DNA of 64,000 nucleotides from Felis catus (GCF_018350175.1 NC_058368.1:123134001-123198000), one strand, 5' to 3'. Counted from the first letter of the stretch, positions 13,513 to 27,549 are shown. Notes: generated from the letters alone by a model not told the origin. Translations and numbers: made by a program.

Positions 13513-13717
13513 GGGTGCCTGGGTGACTCAGTCAGTTAACCGTCCGACTCTTGATCTCGGCTCAGGTAATGATCTCACGGTCATGATCTCTGCACTAAGA
13601 GGGCAGAGCCTGCTTGGGATTCTCTCTCCCTTTCTCTTTGCCCCTCCCCTACTCTCTCTCTCCCTCTCTCAAAAAATAACTAAATAAAAATAAATAAATA
13701 AACATTAAGAAAAAAAA
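13513..13717 (+). mobile_element. Can-SINE
   Basis: Candidate TSD aagattgataaatc / aagattgacaagcc. Confidence 0.92.
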
Positions 13718-14305
13718 GATTGACAAGCCACATTTGACCCAAAAAGCCTTTTTTCTAAAGATATAATTGTAAATACTTGTTTTGTATGGAGCATACTTTG
13801 AAGATTACTGTTTAAAATACATAAAAATTTTTATTTTTATTCTTCCTAAATTCAGAAGTTAAATTACTGATCATATTTCTTTCAGTCATCCTTTCACACA
13901 CCCCCTCATTAAAAATAAATTGAATGCCTACCATGTGCCAGACATTGTAATTTATAGAAATAATGGTAAAGTTGATCTTTAAATACAAATTATCTGGCTT
14001 CAAATTCAATACCCTTTCTCCTGTGATTTTTCCACAGTACGGCTGGGGCCTCCATCAAAACTTCTTTAGAGCTTCAGATATTTCTAAGCCATTATGGCAT
14101 GAAATATAAAATCCAAACCTAGCTATGTCATTAGTCTGTGATCTTGAGTAAATGCCTTCCCTGTTCTACAGAGCAACTTCCCACATCTGCAGTACTGAAT
14201 GTAACTTTCAAAGTAGCACAAAATGGTCTCTGAGTATTCAGTAAAAGATGAGATTCACACAGGCCTCTTAGTATACAGACAGCTATTTTCTTTCTCATTT
14301 TCCTT

Positions 14306-14555
14306 AAAAAAAATTTTTTTTAACGTTTATTTATTTTTTTTTAATTTTTTTTTTAACGTTTATTTATTTTTGAGACAGAGAGAGACAGAGCATGAACGCG
14401 GGAGGGTCAGAGAGAGGGAGACACAGAATCCTAAACAGGCTCCAGGCTCTGAGCAGTCAGCACAGAGCCCGACGCGGGGCTTGAACTCACAGACCGCGAG
14501 ATCATGACCTGGGCTGAAGTCAGATGCTTAACTGACCGAGCCACCCAGGCGCCCC
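14306..14555 (-). mobile_element. Young felid SINE with duplicated tail
   Basis: TSD tctcattttcctt at 14293-14305 and 14556-14568; ttttttaacgtttatttattt occurs twice. Confidence 0.95.
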
Positions 14556-14569
14556 TCTCATTTTCCTTT

Positions 14570-14960
14570 TAGATATAATTTACATACACTAAAATTCGCA
14601 AGTCATAAATGTACAGTCTGTTGCATGTTTATATATGCATAGACCTATATAATCACCTTTCATATTAAAGTATAGAAATTGCCTTAAAGGTTTCTTTGTG
14701 CCTCTTTATGGTCGATGCCTCCCCCACCCCTGGCCACAGAAGTTACCATTATTTGAATTTCTATCCCCACAGATTTGCTTTATTTGTCTGGAACTGTATA
14801 TAAAAGGAATTATATGCCGTGTAGTCTTTTTTTTTTTTTAAACAGGTAATTCACTCTAGTTTTCTTGTATAAAAACATTACATGGTAGTCATTTAGTCTT
14901 TTGTATGTGGCTTCTTTCACTCCGCAGAATGTCTTCAAGATTCATCCAGTTGCTGTCTCA
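14570..14960 (-). mobile_element. Old L1M 3' UTR fragment
   Basis: agatataatttacatac...tggcttctttcactc...agattcatcca. Confidence 0.7.
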
Positions 14961-15334
14961 TGTTTTAATGTCACTAGGGCTTCAGTCTCTTAATCTAGAC
15001 AATGAAAGAGGTTGGGCTAGATGAACTCTAAGAGCTTCTTGAGTTCTGACAGTAAGACACTCTTTCCTTTTCACTATTAGGCAAGAATTAAAATGCAGGA
15101 ATTCCGATCTGAATCAGTTGCTATGATACCATAACAATATTGGGAATGACAGCTTTGAATGTGTAATCCAATGAGAACTTTGATGTTGCGTGTCTGGGCT
15201 GGGAACATTTTATGCACCTGTGTTATGTAAGGACAGAAACCATGTTCTATCTCAGGATGCCCTCACTGACTCCTGAGCCCTCCCCTATTCAGCATTTTTC
15301 TTGTGTGACTTACTAAGTTGAATTGCCCATATTA

Positions 15335-15531
15335 CAAGAGAGAGAGCGCACAAGTGTAGGAGAGAGGCAGAGGGAGAGAGAGGGAGAATCTTAAGCAGAC
15401 TCCACACTCAGCATGGAGCCCCACTCAGGGCTCGATCCCACAACCATAGTATCATGACCTGAATGAAATCAAGAGGCAGACGCTCAAACTGAGAGTCAGA
15501 TGCTCAACCGACTAAGCCACCCAGGCACCCC
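15335..15531 (-). mobile_element. Can-SINE
   Basis: GA tract and head ending ccaggcacccc. Confidence 0.9.
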
Positions 15532-15619
15532 GCCCATGTTAGAATTTTAAAAGTTTTTGATAAACAGGATTAGAATAGAACTCTAGTGAAAAGCTCCCTC
15601 CTAATTTTATTTAGAAATC

Positions 15620-15870
15620 TATATGTGTAGTGTTTAAGAGTTTAAGAGTAGCCCACAGTGTTAGGAAAACTCATACTCAAATCTCAGTGCTTCACTTCTA
15701 CCTGTGTGACCTTGGATGAGTCTTAAACTCTGAGTCTGTGTTTCCTCACCTGGAAATGGAGATAATGATAGCTCCCTCATAGGGTTGTTGTGAAGAACCA
15801 AGCGAGATAACGCATGTAAAGTGTTCATTGTGCCTGGAATATGGGTAATCCTTCCTCAAGGATGACTATT
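15620..15870 (+). mobile_element. MIR
   Basis: ctgtgtgaccttgga...gtttcctcacctggaaatggagataat...atagggttgttgtgaag. Confidence 0.75.
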
Positions 15871-16880
15871 AACTCTGACAGACTGCAAAGTCTCCTGCAT
15901 TTACAATGTTTCAGTTTTTTTGTGCCAGTCCTATATGTTCACATTTTCTGGGACAAGGTTGGGTGTAAGCAGTGGGTAGTGATCAGCCACAGAATTTCTT
16001 ACCAATCCTATGAAGAGGAAAACTGTCAATAAAGAATGGTGTGGGACAGCTAAACAAGAAGAACAAGCAATGGTCTAGGGAGTGAGAAAAGGGCTCTAAC
16101 AACTTGGCTAATCATAAAACACTTCATACTCTTGACTGAGGTACTAAATATCACTGGGATAGCAAAATAGTTTAATAGTTTAGAGTATGTGATTTTTTCA
16201 TTCAAACCCCATTCTGCTACGTATTCTCCATTTCCTCAAACTCTCCCAAAGGAAACTTTTTTTTCATATGTGAAAGCTAGATAATATAGAAGTTGAAAAA
16301 AATGAGGCCAGAGTCAGGTGAATTAAGTTTGAGTCCTGACATTGTCATTAATAATGTCTGTAAAATGTCAGACCAGTTAATTAATTTCTCTTCTCCTTGG
16401 CTTCCTGATCTGTAAAATGTTAGTTGTCATGAAGATTGGTTAATTTGAGAACATGTTCAACAGTGCCTGGTAGAGAATAATCAGTCAACAAATGTTAGCT
16501 GTTATTCATGAAATAGGCATGATGATATCACCTCTTCAGGTTGTTGAGGGCATTTAAATGAGGTATAGTAGGTTAGATGACTGACAGAGATATAGTTGAT
16601 ACTTCAAGTCCTATTGCTATAGAAAAATTATAATGTATAAAAAGAGGTCTGGGAATGTGATAGGATGAGAAGATTTAAGGAAAAATAAATATCATCGGCA
16701 CCAAATTAATGGATTTACTATTTTTTTAATGAGAGTATAAGAAAAAATGAGTGGAAGAAGTTATATTTGTAGTATATGAGATTTATACAAAGGAATGCTC
16801 TTATTTTTGCTCTGAAATAGGGGAAACCAAGTGAAAATTCTCAAGTCACATAAATAATAATAATAATAATAATATGATAA

Positions 16881-17571
16881 TGATGGGGTTTTGGGGTGAT
16901 GGTGGGGTTCAGAGCTGATGGCCAAGAAAGAATTCTTGAAGATGTATTTGGTGCAAAAAGGTGATTTTATTAAAGCACAGGACATGACCTGGGGGCACAA
17001 AGAGCTGCCCTGGGGTTGTGAAGAGTGACTGGTTATATACTATGGGGCCAGGGGAAGTAAAGTCAAGAGGAATTTTCATAAAGGGATTTTCCACATACTA
17101 AAGACTCACAAATTACTGAAGGCCTAGCTATTTGTCAAGCTAAGGTTGTTTTCCCCTCTAGCAAAGCATTAACAATAAGACAGTAGGGAGTTCCTAGAGA
17201 AACATTTTAGTCTGCCTGCCTCATGTATTTGTCAATGGGCTTCAGGTTATAAAGAAATTCAATTTTATCTATTTCCTTCCGCCTTTCTTTCCCATATCAC
17301 TGTGGAGGGAGGGTGATGTTGGGGCTCCAGGAAGCTGAGTCTATAGGTTTCTGGAGATTAGGCTATTGATAAGATTTCTTTTTCTTATAATTTACTAAGA
17401 TATTTGTAAACTGATGGAGACTTTATCAGCTTACCCATTTGTTTTCAGTCCTTTCCTTTGTCCTTGGGCAGCCAGGAGTGCCTGAGGAACGTCACACATA
17501 CCCCACCTGGGTAGGGGGAAGGTAATTCTAGGTTGTGCTTGGTCCTCAGTGTGCCTTATGGTCCCTCGTCA
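16881..17571 (-). mobile_element. Solo ERV LTR (carnivore ERV1-type)
   Basis: TGA...TCA termini; 4-bp TSD ataa (16877-16880, 17572-17575); on the - strand a TATA (tatataa ~17035) precedes AATAAA (~16968). Confidence 0.85.
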
Positions 17572-17589
17572 ATAATACCAATAACAATA

Positions 17590-18480
17590 ATCATGAAATA
17601 CAGCTTCATGGAGTAAAATCTGAGAAAGAGTCCTTTCTTAATGGAGCCTATATTCTAGTGGTAAAGGCACATAGTAAAGAAGTAAACAGATTAATAACAA
17701 AAGGATGCCAGAGAGTGATTATTTTACAATGAAAATAAAATAAACTGGGTCATAAAAACAACCAGGATTGGGAATGCAGTAGCTGGAAGTTCTACTTTAG
17801 ATTTGGTTACAAAGAAAGGTCTGTCTGAAAAAAAAAAAAAAAATTAAGTTGAGGCCTGTCTGGGAGTCAGCTCCTCAAAAACTAGGGGAGGAGCTTTCCA
17901 GACAGAAGGTTAAGCTCATATAAGATTCTAACATAGGAAGGAGCTTGCATGGTGGAGAAACAGGAAAAAGGCTGATGGTGAAAGAATATGGTAAGTGAGA
18001 AAAAAACAATAGTGCAATTGACATTGGAAAGATTCATTAGCATCTTGTAGGCCAGAGCTGAAAGTCTGGATGTAATTCCAATGTGAAGTTAGATGGAAAA
18101 CAATCAGAAGTTCTAAGTAGTTAGTCTAATTCATGTGATTTGTATTTTTAAAACATATCTCAAACTACTGTGTGGAAAATTGATCAGCATGGGGGTCAAA
18201 ATGGAAGCAAGGAAGCTGATGAGGAGGCTAGAGCAGCAGTCCATATGAGAGATGGTTTGGTTCAGTAGGTAACAGCGTAGAGGCAGATATGTTGTAGAGG
18301 AAGAATTGACTGGACTTACTGGAAGATTAGGTAGAAAGGAGTCAGATAAGAATCCTAGGTTTTTGACTTGAGAAATACATTTACTGAGATAGGCTCAGGA
18401 TAGGTGGGACAGGTGATAAAGAGTACAGCTAGGGTGCAAGAGTTGATAGACTGAAGTCTAGATAGCTGCACTGTGAATAA
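17590..18480 (-). mobile_element. L2 LINE fragment
   Basis: atggagcctatattctagtgg; ttccagacagaagg; aggaggctagagcagcagtcca..gagagatgg. Confidence 0.7.
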
Positions 18481-18487
18481 TCCATGA

Positions 18488-18715
18488 TTTATTTATTTTT
18501 TAATGTTTATTTATTTTTGAGAGAGAGACAGAGACAGAGCATGAGTTGGGGGGGGGGGGTGGTGTGGCAGACAGAGGGAGACACAGAATCCAAAGCAGGC
18601 CCCAGGCTCTGAGCTGTCACCACAGAGCCCTTTGCGGGGCTTGAACTTGTGAACCACAAGATCATGACCTGAGCCAAAGTTGGAGTCTTAACCGGCTGAA
18701 CCACCCAGGTGCTCC
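18488..18715 (-). mobile_element. Can-SINE
   Basis: Typical reverse-strand structure with an expanded G run. Confidence 0.93.
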
Positions 18716-19089
18716 ACTATGGTTTATTTTACCATTTTCTTTTTGGTATATGTTTAAGTTGTTATTTTGTTTTATATAGAGCTATACAATTATTAAACAT
18801 CTATGTTTAGGTTAGTGCATTTGATCTGTTATTTCATTGGCATTAAGAAGTTAAATTACGGACTAAGATATGCATTTAAAATAGTTATGGACTATCTATA
18901 TTGCTCTTCAGAAAGGCTGTACCAGTTTCCACAAACTCTTCCAGCATTACCAGTGTCTTTCTTTTCAAGCCTTGTAAATCCAAATTGCATTCTATCTCAA
19001 GTCATTAAATACTCAGGACCCTCTCTGTCACCAGCTAATGCTAAATATTTGGAGAGGGAGCTGGGGAGAGGGTTAGAGAGAACAAAGAA

Positions 19090-19360
19090 TCAAATAATAA
19101 TAATAGCAAATACTTATTGAGAGCTTATGATTGCCAGGAACCATTCTAAGCACTTTATGCATGTGTTAACTTATTTAATTTTAGTTATTTAATTAAGAGA
19201 TAGCTACTATTTTCCAGCTACTATTATCCAGCTATTATTATCCATAAGTTACATATGAATAAACGGAAGCAAGGAGAGATAAAGAAACTTGTCCAACCTT
19301 ACACAGTTAGTGGCAGGTGCAAATCCAGGCAATTTATTTCCAGAATCCATACATTAATCA
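19090..19360 (-). mobile_element. MIR with internal 14-bp triplication (agctactattatcc)
   Basis: tacttattgagagcttatgattgccagg..ttctaagcactttatg; repeats at ~19202-19243. Confidence 0.7.
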
Positions 19361-19800
19361 TTAAATTCCGTTGGCAATCTGTAAGACACTGGATTGGTGA
19401 ATGTTTTAATTATATAAAGACAACAACATGAGATAGAATATGGGGTACAGATGTCACTCTGTCTACTAGAAAAACACATGTGAGCTGAATAAGTCAATAT
19501 TGATTTAGTTAAAACTTGGTTAAAGTATTGAAAGAAAATTTTTTTCTACTTCCTGCATCTCTGCTCAGTGGCCAGAAAATCATCATCCTCATTATCACCA
19601 TCAATGCCAACTATTGAGGGCCTACTATGTGCCAGGTCCTGAGTTCTAAATAATATAGATATTAGCAGCAATCCTTATATTACCACCACCTTTTCACAGA
19701 TGGAGCAGGTTAAGTGAAATCTGTAAGATCCTATAGGTATGACATTTTTCTGTCAATCTGTTTTTCTGTCTGTGACTAGCTTTAAAATCCTATTCTTTCT

Positions 19801-20018
19801 GGGGCGCCTGGGTGGCACAGTCGGTTAAGTGTCCTACTTCAGCCAGGTCACGATCTCACGGTCCGTGAGTTCGAGCCCCGCGTCAGGCTCTGGGCTGATG
19901 GCTCAGAGCCTGGAGCCTGTTTCCGATTCTGTGTCTCCCTCTCTCTCTGCCCCTCCCCCATTCATGCTCTGTCTCTTTCTGTCCCAAAAATAAATAAACG
20001 TTGAAAAAAAATTAAAAA
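19801..20018 (+). mobile_element. Young felid SINE
   Basis: Perfect TSD aaaatcctattctttct; CpGs retained. Confidence 0.96.
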
Positions 20019-20249
20019 AAAATCCTATTCTTTCTATAGTGACAAATGGAGGGACAAGAAGAGGTATTCAAAAGCTAGATTGTTAAGGTCAAAGGACTCA
20101 TATAGATTCCCTTATATTCCAGTAGGTAAGCCACAGACAAATTACATGGTCTTTGAAAAGCAGAAATGAAAAGGAACATCTTGATTCTGAGGCTGAGAGG
20201 AGTCACTGGAAGATTTTTTGTGAATGAAATCACAAGGTAAGATTTAAAA

Positions 20250-21919
20250 ATCAAGTCTATTTTTTACAGCAGTTTTTGGATCACAGCAAAATTAAGGGAA
20301 AGGTAAAGAGATTTTCCATATACCCCTGCCAGCCTCCACATGCATAGCCTACCCCACCCAGGTGGAATATTTGTTACAGTTAATGAGCATAAAAAATACC
20401 ATCAACGAAAGTCCATAGTTCACATTATGGTTCACTCTTTACACTGTGCATCCTATGAGTTTTTAGAAATGTGTAATGATATGTATCCATCATTATGGTA
20501 TCACACAAAGTATTTTCACTGCCCTAAAAATCTTCTGTGCTATAATTATTCATCCCTAACCCCTGGCAACCACTGATCTTTTTGACTGTACCCACACTTT
20601 TACCTTTTCCAGAATTTCATACAGTTGGAACCTGACAGTACGTAGCCTTTTCAGACTGCCTTCTTTCATTTAGTAATACGCATTTAAAGTTCCTCCATAT
20701 CTATTCATAGCTTAATAGCTAATTTCTTTTTAGATTGAATAATATTCCATTTTCTGGATACACCAGTTTATTTATCCATTTACCTACTGAAGGACATCTT
20801 GGTAGCTTACAAATTTTGGTAATTATGGATAAATATCCATGTACATGTTTTTGTGTGAACATAAGTTTTCAATCCTTTTAAGTTAATACTAAGGAGCTAT
20901 GTTGCTGCATTGTATGGTAAGAGTTTTTGTAAAAAACTGCTAAACTGTCTTCCAAAGTGGCTGTGCCATTTCACACTCCCACCAGAAATGAATGAGAGTT
21001 TCCATTGCTTATATCCTCACCAGTATTTGGTGTTGTCAGTGTTCTGGATTTTGGCCATTCTAATCACTGTGTTGTGGTATCTTTGTTGTTTTAATTTACA
21101 TTTTACCAATGAAGTGTTACATGGAGCATCTTTTCATATGCTTGTTTGTTATCTATCTATATTTTTTGGTGGGGTGTCTGTTAAGGTCTTGGGCCCAATC
21201 TGATTTAAAAATCAGATTGTTGGGGCGCCTGGGTGGCTCAGTCGGTTGAGCGTCCGACTTCGGCTCAGGTCATGATCTCGCAGCTCGTGAGTTCGAGCCC
21301 CGCGTCGGGCTCTGGGCTGATGGCTCAGAGCCTGGAGCCTGTTTCCGATTCTGTGTCTCCCTCTCTCTCTGCCCCTCCCCCGTTCATGCTCTGTCTCTCT
21401 CTGTCCCAAAAATAAATAAATAAACGTTGAAAAAAAATTTTTTTAAATCAGATTGTTTCTTATTGTTGAATTTTAAGAGTGCTTCGTATATTTTGGATAA
21501 CAGTTCTTTATCAGACATCTTTTGCAACTATCTCTCCTAGTCTGTGGCTTGTCTTCTCACTCGCTTGTTTTTGCAGAACAGAAGTTTTTAATTTAATGAA
21601 CTCCAGCTTATCAATTCTTTCTTTCATGGATTATGCCATTGGTGCTGTATCTAAAGAGTGATCTCCATACCCAAAGTCATTGTGGTTTTCTCCTGTGTTA
21701 TCTTCTAGGAGTTTTATATGAAGTTTTATGTCATTTTACATGTAGATCTGTGATCCACTATGAGGTAATCTTTGTGAAGAGTGTAAAAGCTGAATTAAGA
21801 TTTATTTTTTTGCTTGTGGATATTCAGTTGTTCCAGCATCATTGTCTTGATTACTGTAGCTTTACAGTAAACTTTAAGTCAGGTAGCATTACTTCCAGCT
21901 TGCTTGTTTTTTGTTTGTT

Positions 21920-21950
<31 letters not shown>

Positions 21951-22490
21951 GTTTTACTTTGTTTTGCTCCTTCAACATTGTATTGGCTATTTGGAGTCTT
22001 CTGCCTCTTCATATAAATTTTTGAATCAGTTTGTTAATACCCACAAATAACTTACGAGGATTTTGATTGGGATTGCATTGAATCTATACATCAGGTTGAG
22101 AAGAACTAACATCTTGATAGTATTGTCTTCCTATTCATGAACATGAAATATTTCTTAATTTATTTAGTTCTTTGATTTCATTCACCATAGTTTTGTAGCC
22201 TTCCTCATATAGGTCTTGTACATATTTTTTTATATGTAGAACCAAATATTTCATTTCTCTGGGTGCTAATGTAAATGGTGTTGTGGTTTTCATTTTAAAT
22301 TCCACTTGTTCCTTGCTGGAATATAGAAAAGTGATTGACTTTTGCATATTAACCTTGTATCTTGCAACCCTGCCATAATCACTTATTGGTTCCGGGATTT
22401 GTTTCGTGTATTTGTTTGGATTTTCTAGAGAAACAGGCATATCATCTGTGAACAAAGACAATTTTATGTTTTTCTTCCTATATATGCCTT
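20250..22490 (-). mobile_element. Old L1 (L1MB/MC type), 3' UTR and ORF2 remnants
   Basis: ORF 22135-22461(-) has degenerate RT motifs (SLFTDDM, YKVNMQKS, MKYL); 3' UTR phrases near 20270-21200. Confidence 0.88.
21222..21444 (+). mobile_element. Young felid SINE inserted in L1
   Basis: TSD aaatcagattgtt on both sides. Confidence 0.96.
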
Positions 22491-23431
22491 AATATTTTGT
22501 GGAATGAATAATAGTTACCATTTATTGAGTACCTACTAAAGCCTAGAAATTTTCAAATATTAGCTAATTAATCCTCCTGAAAACTATAGAATCGTTTAAT
22601 CTCAGCCAAGACTCAGAAATTCCAATAATTTGCTGTTGTTTTCATTGCTGATAATGGTGGATTCATAACCAAGAACCTGATCCAATTTTAAAGCACATGT
22701 TCTTCACTTGTCTTGCTTCCCTGCTTGTAAAATGTTACAGGAATGTAGATCAGTAGTAGGATGTAGATCACTGTGCAAGATTTGAGGCTGGTGGAGGCAT
22801 CAAACGTAATAATTAAGGTGAAAAGACTTTACAATGTCTGGGACCAACATTAATGACAGAACTCTTTTGTGTGAACCAGAGAACACATTATTGTAAACAC
22901 ATTTAAGGTGTTTAAATTTTTAAACCCGAGAGAACAACAACAACAGTTTCCCTTATCAGCAAGTATTCACTCTCTTTAGATACTCTATCAGGTATTGGAG
23001 TTATGAACATGGATAAGGCTCTGTTAATTATGTGTCTTCTCTGTTAACTACACACCTATGAAAACAAAAAGCACATCATAATTTAATCTTAAAACAATGC
23101 GTCAAATGGGTGATGAAGACAATATGTATATGATAGAAGAGGTTAGTGGAGGGAAGGGTCACAAGTGGACAGGAAGTCCACTCCACTTCAGTTTTAAGGT
23201 AGTAGCCAGGTTCTCTGTTGGTGTTTTACACCCATAATAACATAGCATCATAAAAATTGGAACAAAAATGAAGAATCAACTAATCCTACTCCTTCATTTC
23301 ACACAAGTGGAAACTGAGGCTCAGAGAGGGCAATTTTCCTAAATCTAGCTTTTTTGATGATGAAATTAGTACTTAATTCTAAATGTATCTGGCTTTCAGA
23401 TCAGCACTTCTTTTCTTTTCTACAAGAAGGC

Positions 23432-23582
23432 TTTTTTTTTTTCTTTTTTCAGTAGGCTTCATATCCAGTGCAGAGCCCAATGCAGAGCCCATTGCAGGGC
23501 TTAAACTCATTACCCTGGTATCAAGACCTGAGCTGAGGTCAAGAGTGAGATGCTTAACTGACTAAGCCACACAGGCACCCCT
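23432..23582 (-). mobile_element. Can-SINE (short)
   Basis: polyT then head ending aggcacccc; flanks tctaca. Confidence 0.85.
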
Positions 23583-24626
23583 CTACAGGCAGTTCCTAAG
23601 TTGAAAGACCACTGAAAGAATGAGCTCTCTCAAGTTTATGTCACTGTTTATATCCTGGCAATTTGATTTGAGTTGAGTTGTCTGCCTTAAATTCTTTTTA
23701 GAACAAGGCGGGGTGGAAATAAATTAGCAAGTGAGCAGAAATAGACATGAGTAGTCTGGGATAAAATGACACTCTAAATCTAAGGAAATCCTATATGATG
23801 AATCATCCTTCATATATTTCACATTATAATTTGACCTTGGAGAGTTTGATGGACATTAAACACAGTGTGATTTAGTTCTTAAAAAGAGGGTGGGTGGGAT
23901 CTGGGATGAAAATAACAAGAGAACAATCATCTTATTGAATATCTTTTACTTGCCATTTATTGAGCTAGATTTCATTTAATATGAATCCTAACATTGTTCT
24001 ATGAGATCAATATCATTATTGACATAGGAACTCCCTATTAGTGAAACACAGAAGTTCATACACCTGGTAAGTGGAGGAGGCAGGCATGTGTTCTTTCCTC
24101 TGCAATGGTTTACTTTATACAGTCTCCATATTGAGTGGCATGCTAGGTTTCTATATCTGAAAATAGAAATGATATTACCTTTCTCGTTTAACTTCCACAC
24201 TGGAGCAAAGGTATGAAGATATGGGCTAAAGACATAGAAGTATTTTGAAAAATATCGCACTATCATTTTCCTTAGAGATGTGGGATAACAGCCTGTTGGT
24301 AATTTACATTTGGAAGGCATCACAGTAGCATAGTCTTTGTGGCCACACATTTCTAGGTTTGAAGGCAGTCTGTGCCACTGTCTAGTTTTGTAATTTGGGG
24401 TGAGATTCTGAGCCTCAGAATTATACATGGAAATAATAATTTTAAAATGGAGATAATAATGCCTCATAGGTTTTGAGGAAACATTAAATCAGATGACAGG
24501 TGGAAAAAATTATAGTCATTAGTTCTCTAAGTTCCAGGGAGAAAAGGTTTTACCCAAGCTACTTCTTTCTAGTAACAGGAATGTATTATAAGGATAACAT
24601 GTCATAGTAAGAAAAAAGGATCCCAG

Positions 24627-25002
24627 AGGGAAAATGTGGCATATACATACAATGGAATATTATTTCATCAAAAAGGAAATCCTGCCACGTTACAATATAG
24701 ATGAAACTTGAGGATAGTATGCTAAGTGAAACAAGACAGTCACAGAAGGGTACATACTGCATGATTCCCCTGACATGAGGTATCTGAGGTAGTCAAATTC
24801 ACAGAAACAGAAACTAGAATGATCAAGGCCAGGGGCTAGGGGGTGGGGGGGAAACAAGGAGTTGTTCAGTTCAGTTGTTTTAGTCACACAAGATGAAATA
24901 GTCCTAGAGATTGGTACATTGTGCTTGTAGTTAAAAATACTGTACTGTATGCTTAAAAATTTTTTAAGAGGGCAAATCTTATGTTATATAGTTTCTATCA
25001 CA

Positions 25003-25054
<52 letters not shown>

Positions 25055-25060
25055 AAAAGA
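24627..25060 (+). mobile_element. L1 3' end with (GAAA)n tail
   Basis: aaaatgtggcatatacatacaatggaatatta; candidate TSD aaggatcccag / aaggatcacag. Confidence 0.88.
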
Positions 25061-27311
25061 AAAGAAGGATCACAGTTCAAATAAATGATCCAATAGGAAA
25101 GACTGAGAATGTGCTTCAGGCACCTAAGACTTGTTCAAAGACAAGGTACTGGATTTTTTTTTTTTTTTTAAGATTTTGATATGTCATTACAGTCAGTTCA
25201 TAGTCATAAGGGGAAAATTCAAGTGTGTTGGACTGCTGTGCCCATGCTTTGGTGTTTAGTAATCTTACAATTTTGAATTCCATATTTTGTAGAGAGCTGT
25301 GTCAATATATTTGCAATGCTTAGAACACCTGCCTTCATCACTGGGAGCAATGGATTTTCTTGCCATCCCTTTCACTGGTTCTTCTGACTCTACTATCTGG
25401 CCCTCACCTACTTTTCTGTATCTTATTTCTTTTTCCATTTATCAGTATGTTGATTCTTTCCATATTACACTACTCAAACTCCAGCGGGGGGGGCATTATT
25501 TAGCTAAAATAATATCCATCACCCCTATTACACAGAAGTCCTCGTGCAAAGTATCCTCAGCCTATGTATTGACTGCCCTCGGACTACATGTCAACCTTTG
25601 TCTGATTAGTAGTCATGCCTCCCCACGCTGAAAGAAGGGCCCTGAGTTCTCTTTCCTCAAAGAAATTGGGTGGGACAATTTTTCATAGAGGTCAGGCATC
25701 ATGGAAGACAAAATTACTATTAATGTCATTATTTGAAATTAGAAGTTATTTGGTCTATTCTCAATATGGCATAAATGAGTAATCTCTGTTTTAACAGGAC
25801 GATGCAGTTTGCCCCATGCCAGATGAGTTGTAATTAGTAGCCAAGTTATAGTTTGTGTCTCTAGATTTCTACCTCTAATGTTTCTCCTGTACCAGGTACT
25901 ACCATTGTGATAATCAGCATTAGTAAAGAAAACTAGCATGTGGCAACTTTTTCTTAGCAGTACCAATCTGTTACTGCATTTGTCATGGTAAATGTTATCA
26001 CCACTGAATGTTTGGATAGATAGCAACAGGTATCAATAGATGCAGACATAGAAATATACAGGTACATTTAAAAACCACAAGCGTGCAGTATTCTTTTTAA
26101 ATAACTTTGATAATTTTTCATTTTACTTTTTTCAGAATATTATTCATAAAGCTTGGCTCATTTCCAGTAAAATTGCTTATTCAATTCCATTTTTAAATGT
26201 CTTTTTTGTTAATTTTGGCCGAGTTTTAAGTACTTTTCCTTATTGATCATATGTAAGTGATAACCATTTCCACTGATTACATTATCTGACTTACAAAGAT
26301 GTATCAGATTACTGTTAAATTTGCATGTCAAAATTTTTGCATACTCAGCAAATATTTAAGGCAGAATAGTTAATTAAGATGTTTATTTTAATAGAACATT
26401 AACCCAGTACAAAGACTTTCAATAAAGAAAATATTTGGTATCTTAAAATATCGGTAGAAAAAGCCATGAGAAATAAAACAGAATGAGACTCAAGATTTAG
26501 GTATTGTGCTCTTTACATTTTGGTCTTGTTATCCTATTCTAATTGTATCTACCACTATTTTAATTTACTTTTTATTACAGTCTAGTTAAACTCCACAATA
26601 TCCCTTTTCCTCAAAATGTACTTCTCCTGAACCTCACCTGAGTGTCTTTATGTTTCAGATCACTCTTTTCTCAAGGCTTTTATCAAATTTCATGTCTCTT
26701 ATAAATCTTTTCTTAATGTTTCAGCTGATTGTAAACTTTCCCATTACAAACTCCCATGGCCCTTCATCTTTTGGTGGTTATCACTGTTTATTTCAAAGTA
26801 GAGCTATGTTGGGGATTAGCCTTATCTACCCTATTAAATTAGAAGATCCTTGAAGGCAAGGTTTATACCTGATTCATCTTTAGTAACTTCCACAGACTTT
26901 GATGATCAGTAATGACTCAGCAAATCAATGAATGAATAATTTTAGTTTATGTACTGCTGAAGTGAGCACAAAGAAGGCATCATCTTGATAGAGATAATGG
27001 AAAATGAGAAGTGGACTTTAAAAATGAAGAAAGAGGGTAGCAAATCAGTAATGTGTTCAGTGGTGAAAGATACACTTCTTCATACCATGAGGAATATTCA
27101 ACTGATACAAGATTCAACATACTCAGAGCGATTGAGATGCAGGGGAAAATGTAGCATGGAGAAAAGGCCACACTTGGCATCACTAATTTTCAAACGGTTT
27201 ATATCTTTTCCCTCTTTCATTTTGATCAACGAATATGTATATAATGTCTTTGCATGTACTCCCTGTACTAGATACTAGATACACACTGGTAATTTAATCT
27301 CTATGCACTTT

Positions 27312-27358
27312 TTTTTAGTTTATTTATTTATTTTGAGAGAGAGAAGGAGAGAGGGAAG

Positions 27359-27406
<48 letters not shown>

Positions 27407-27533
27407 CCCAAGCAGACTCCACACTGTCAGTGCAGAGCCCAATGCAGGGCTCAAACGCACAAACCATGAGATCATAACCTGAGCTGAAACCAAGGGTTGG
27501 CTGCTTAACTGACTGAGCCACACAGGCACCCCC
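27312..27533 (-). mobile_element. Can-SINE with long (GA)n
   Basis: TSD tctct(a/g)tgcactttt. Confidence 0.94.
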
Positions 27534-27549
27534 TCTCTGTGCACTTTTT

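Noticed and set aside
19801..19890. tRNA-like A/B boxes in repeats
   Set aside because: tRNA-derived SINE heads followed by CT tract, A tail and TSD; not tRNA genes.
21212..21415. Recurring ORFs such as MAQSV..TSAQVMIS (also 18507, 34223, 43048, 63448)
   Set aside because: Translations of Can-SINE copies, not a gene family.
23988..24467. Longest ORF in the track (159 aa, - strand)
   Set aside because: Begins within a MIR-like segment; no protein motif and no exon signals.
26985..27278. 97-aa purine-rich ORF in unique-looking DNA
   Set aside because: No recognisable homology, Kozak start, splice sites or retrocopy hallmarks.
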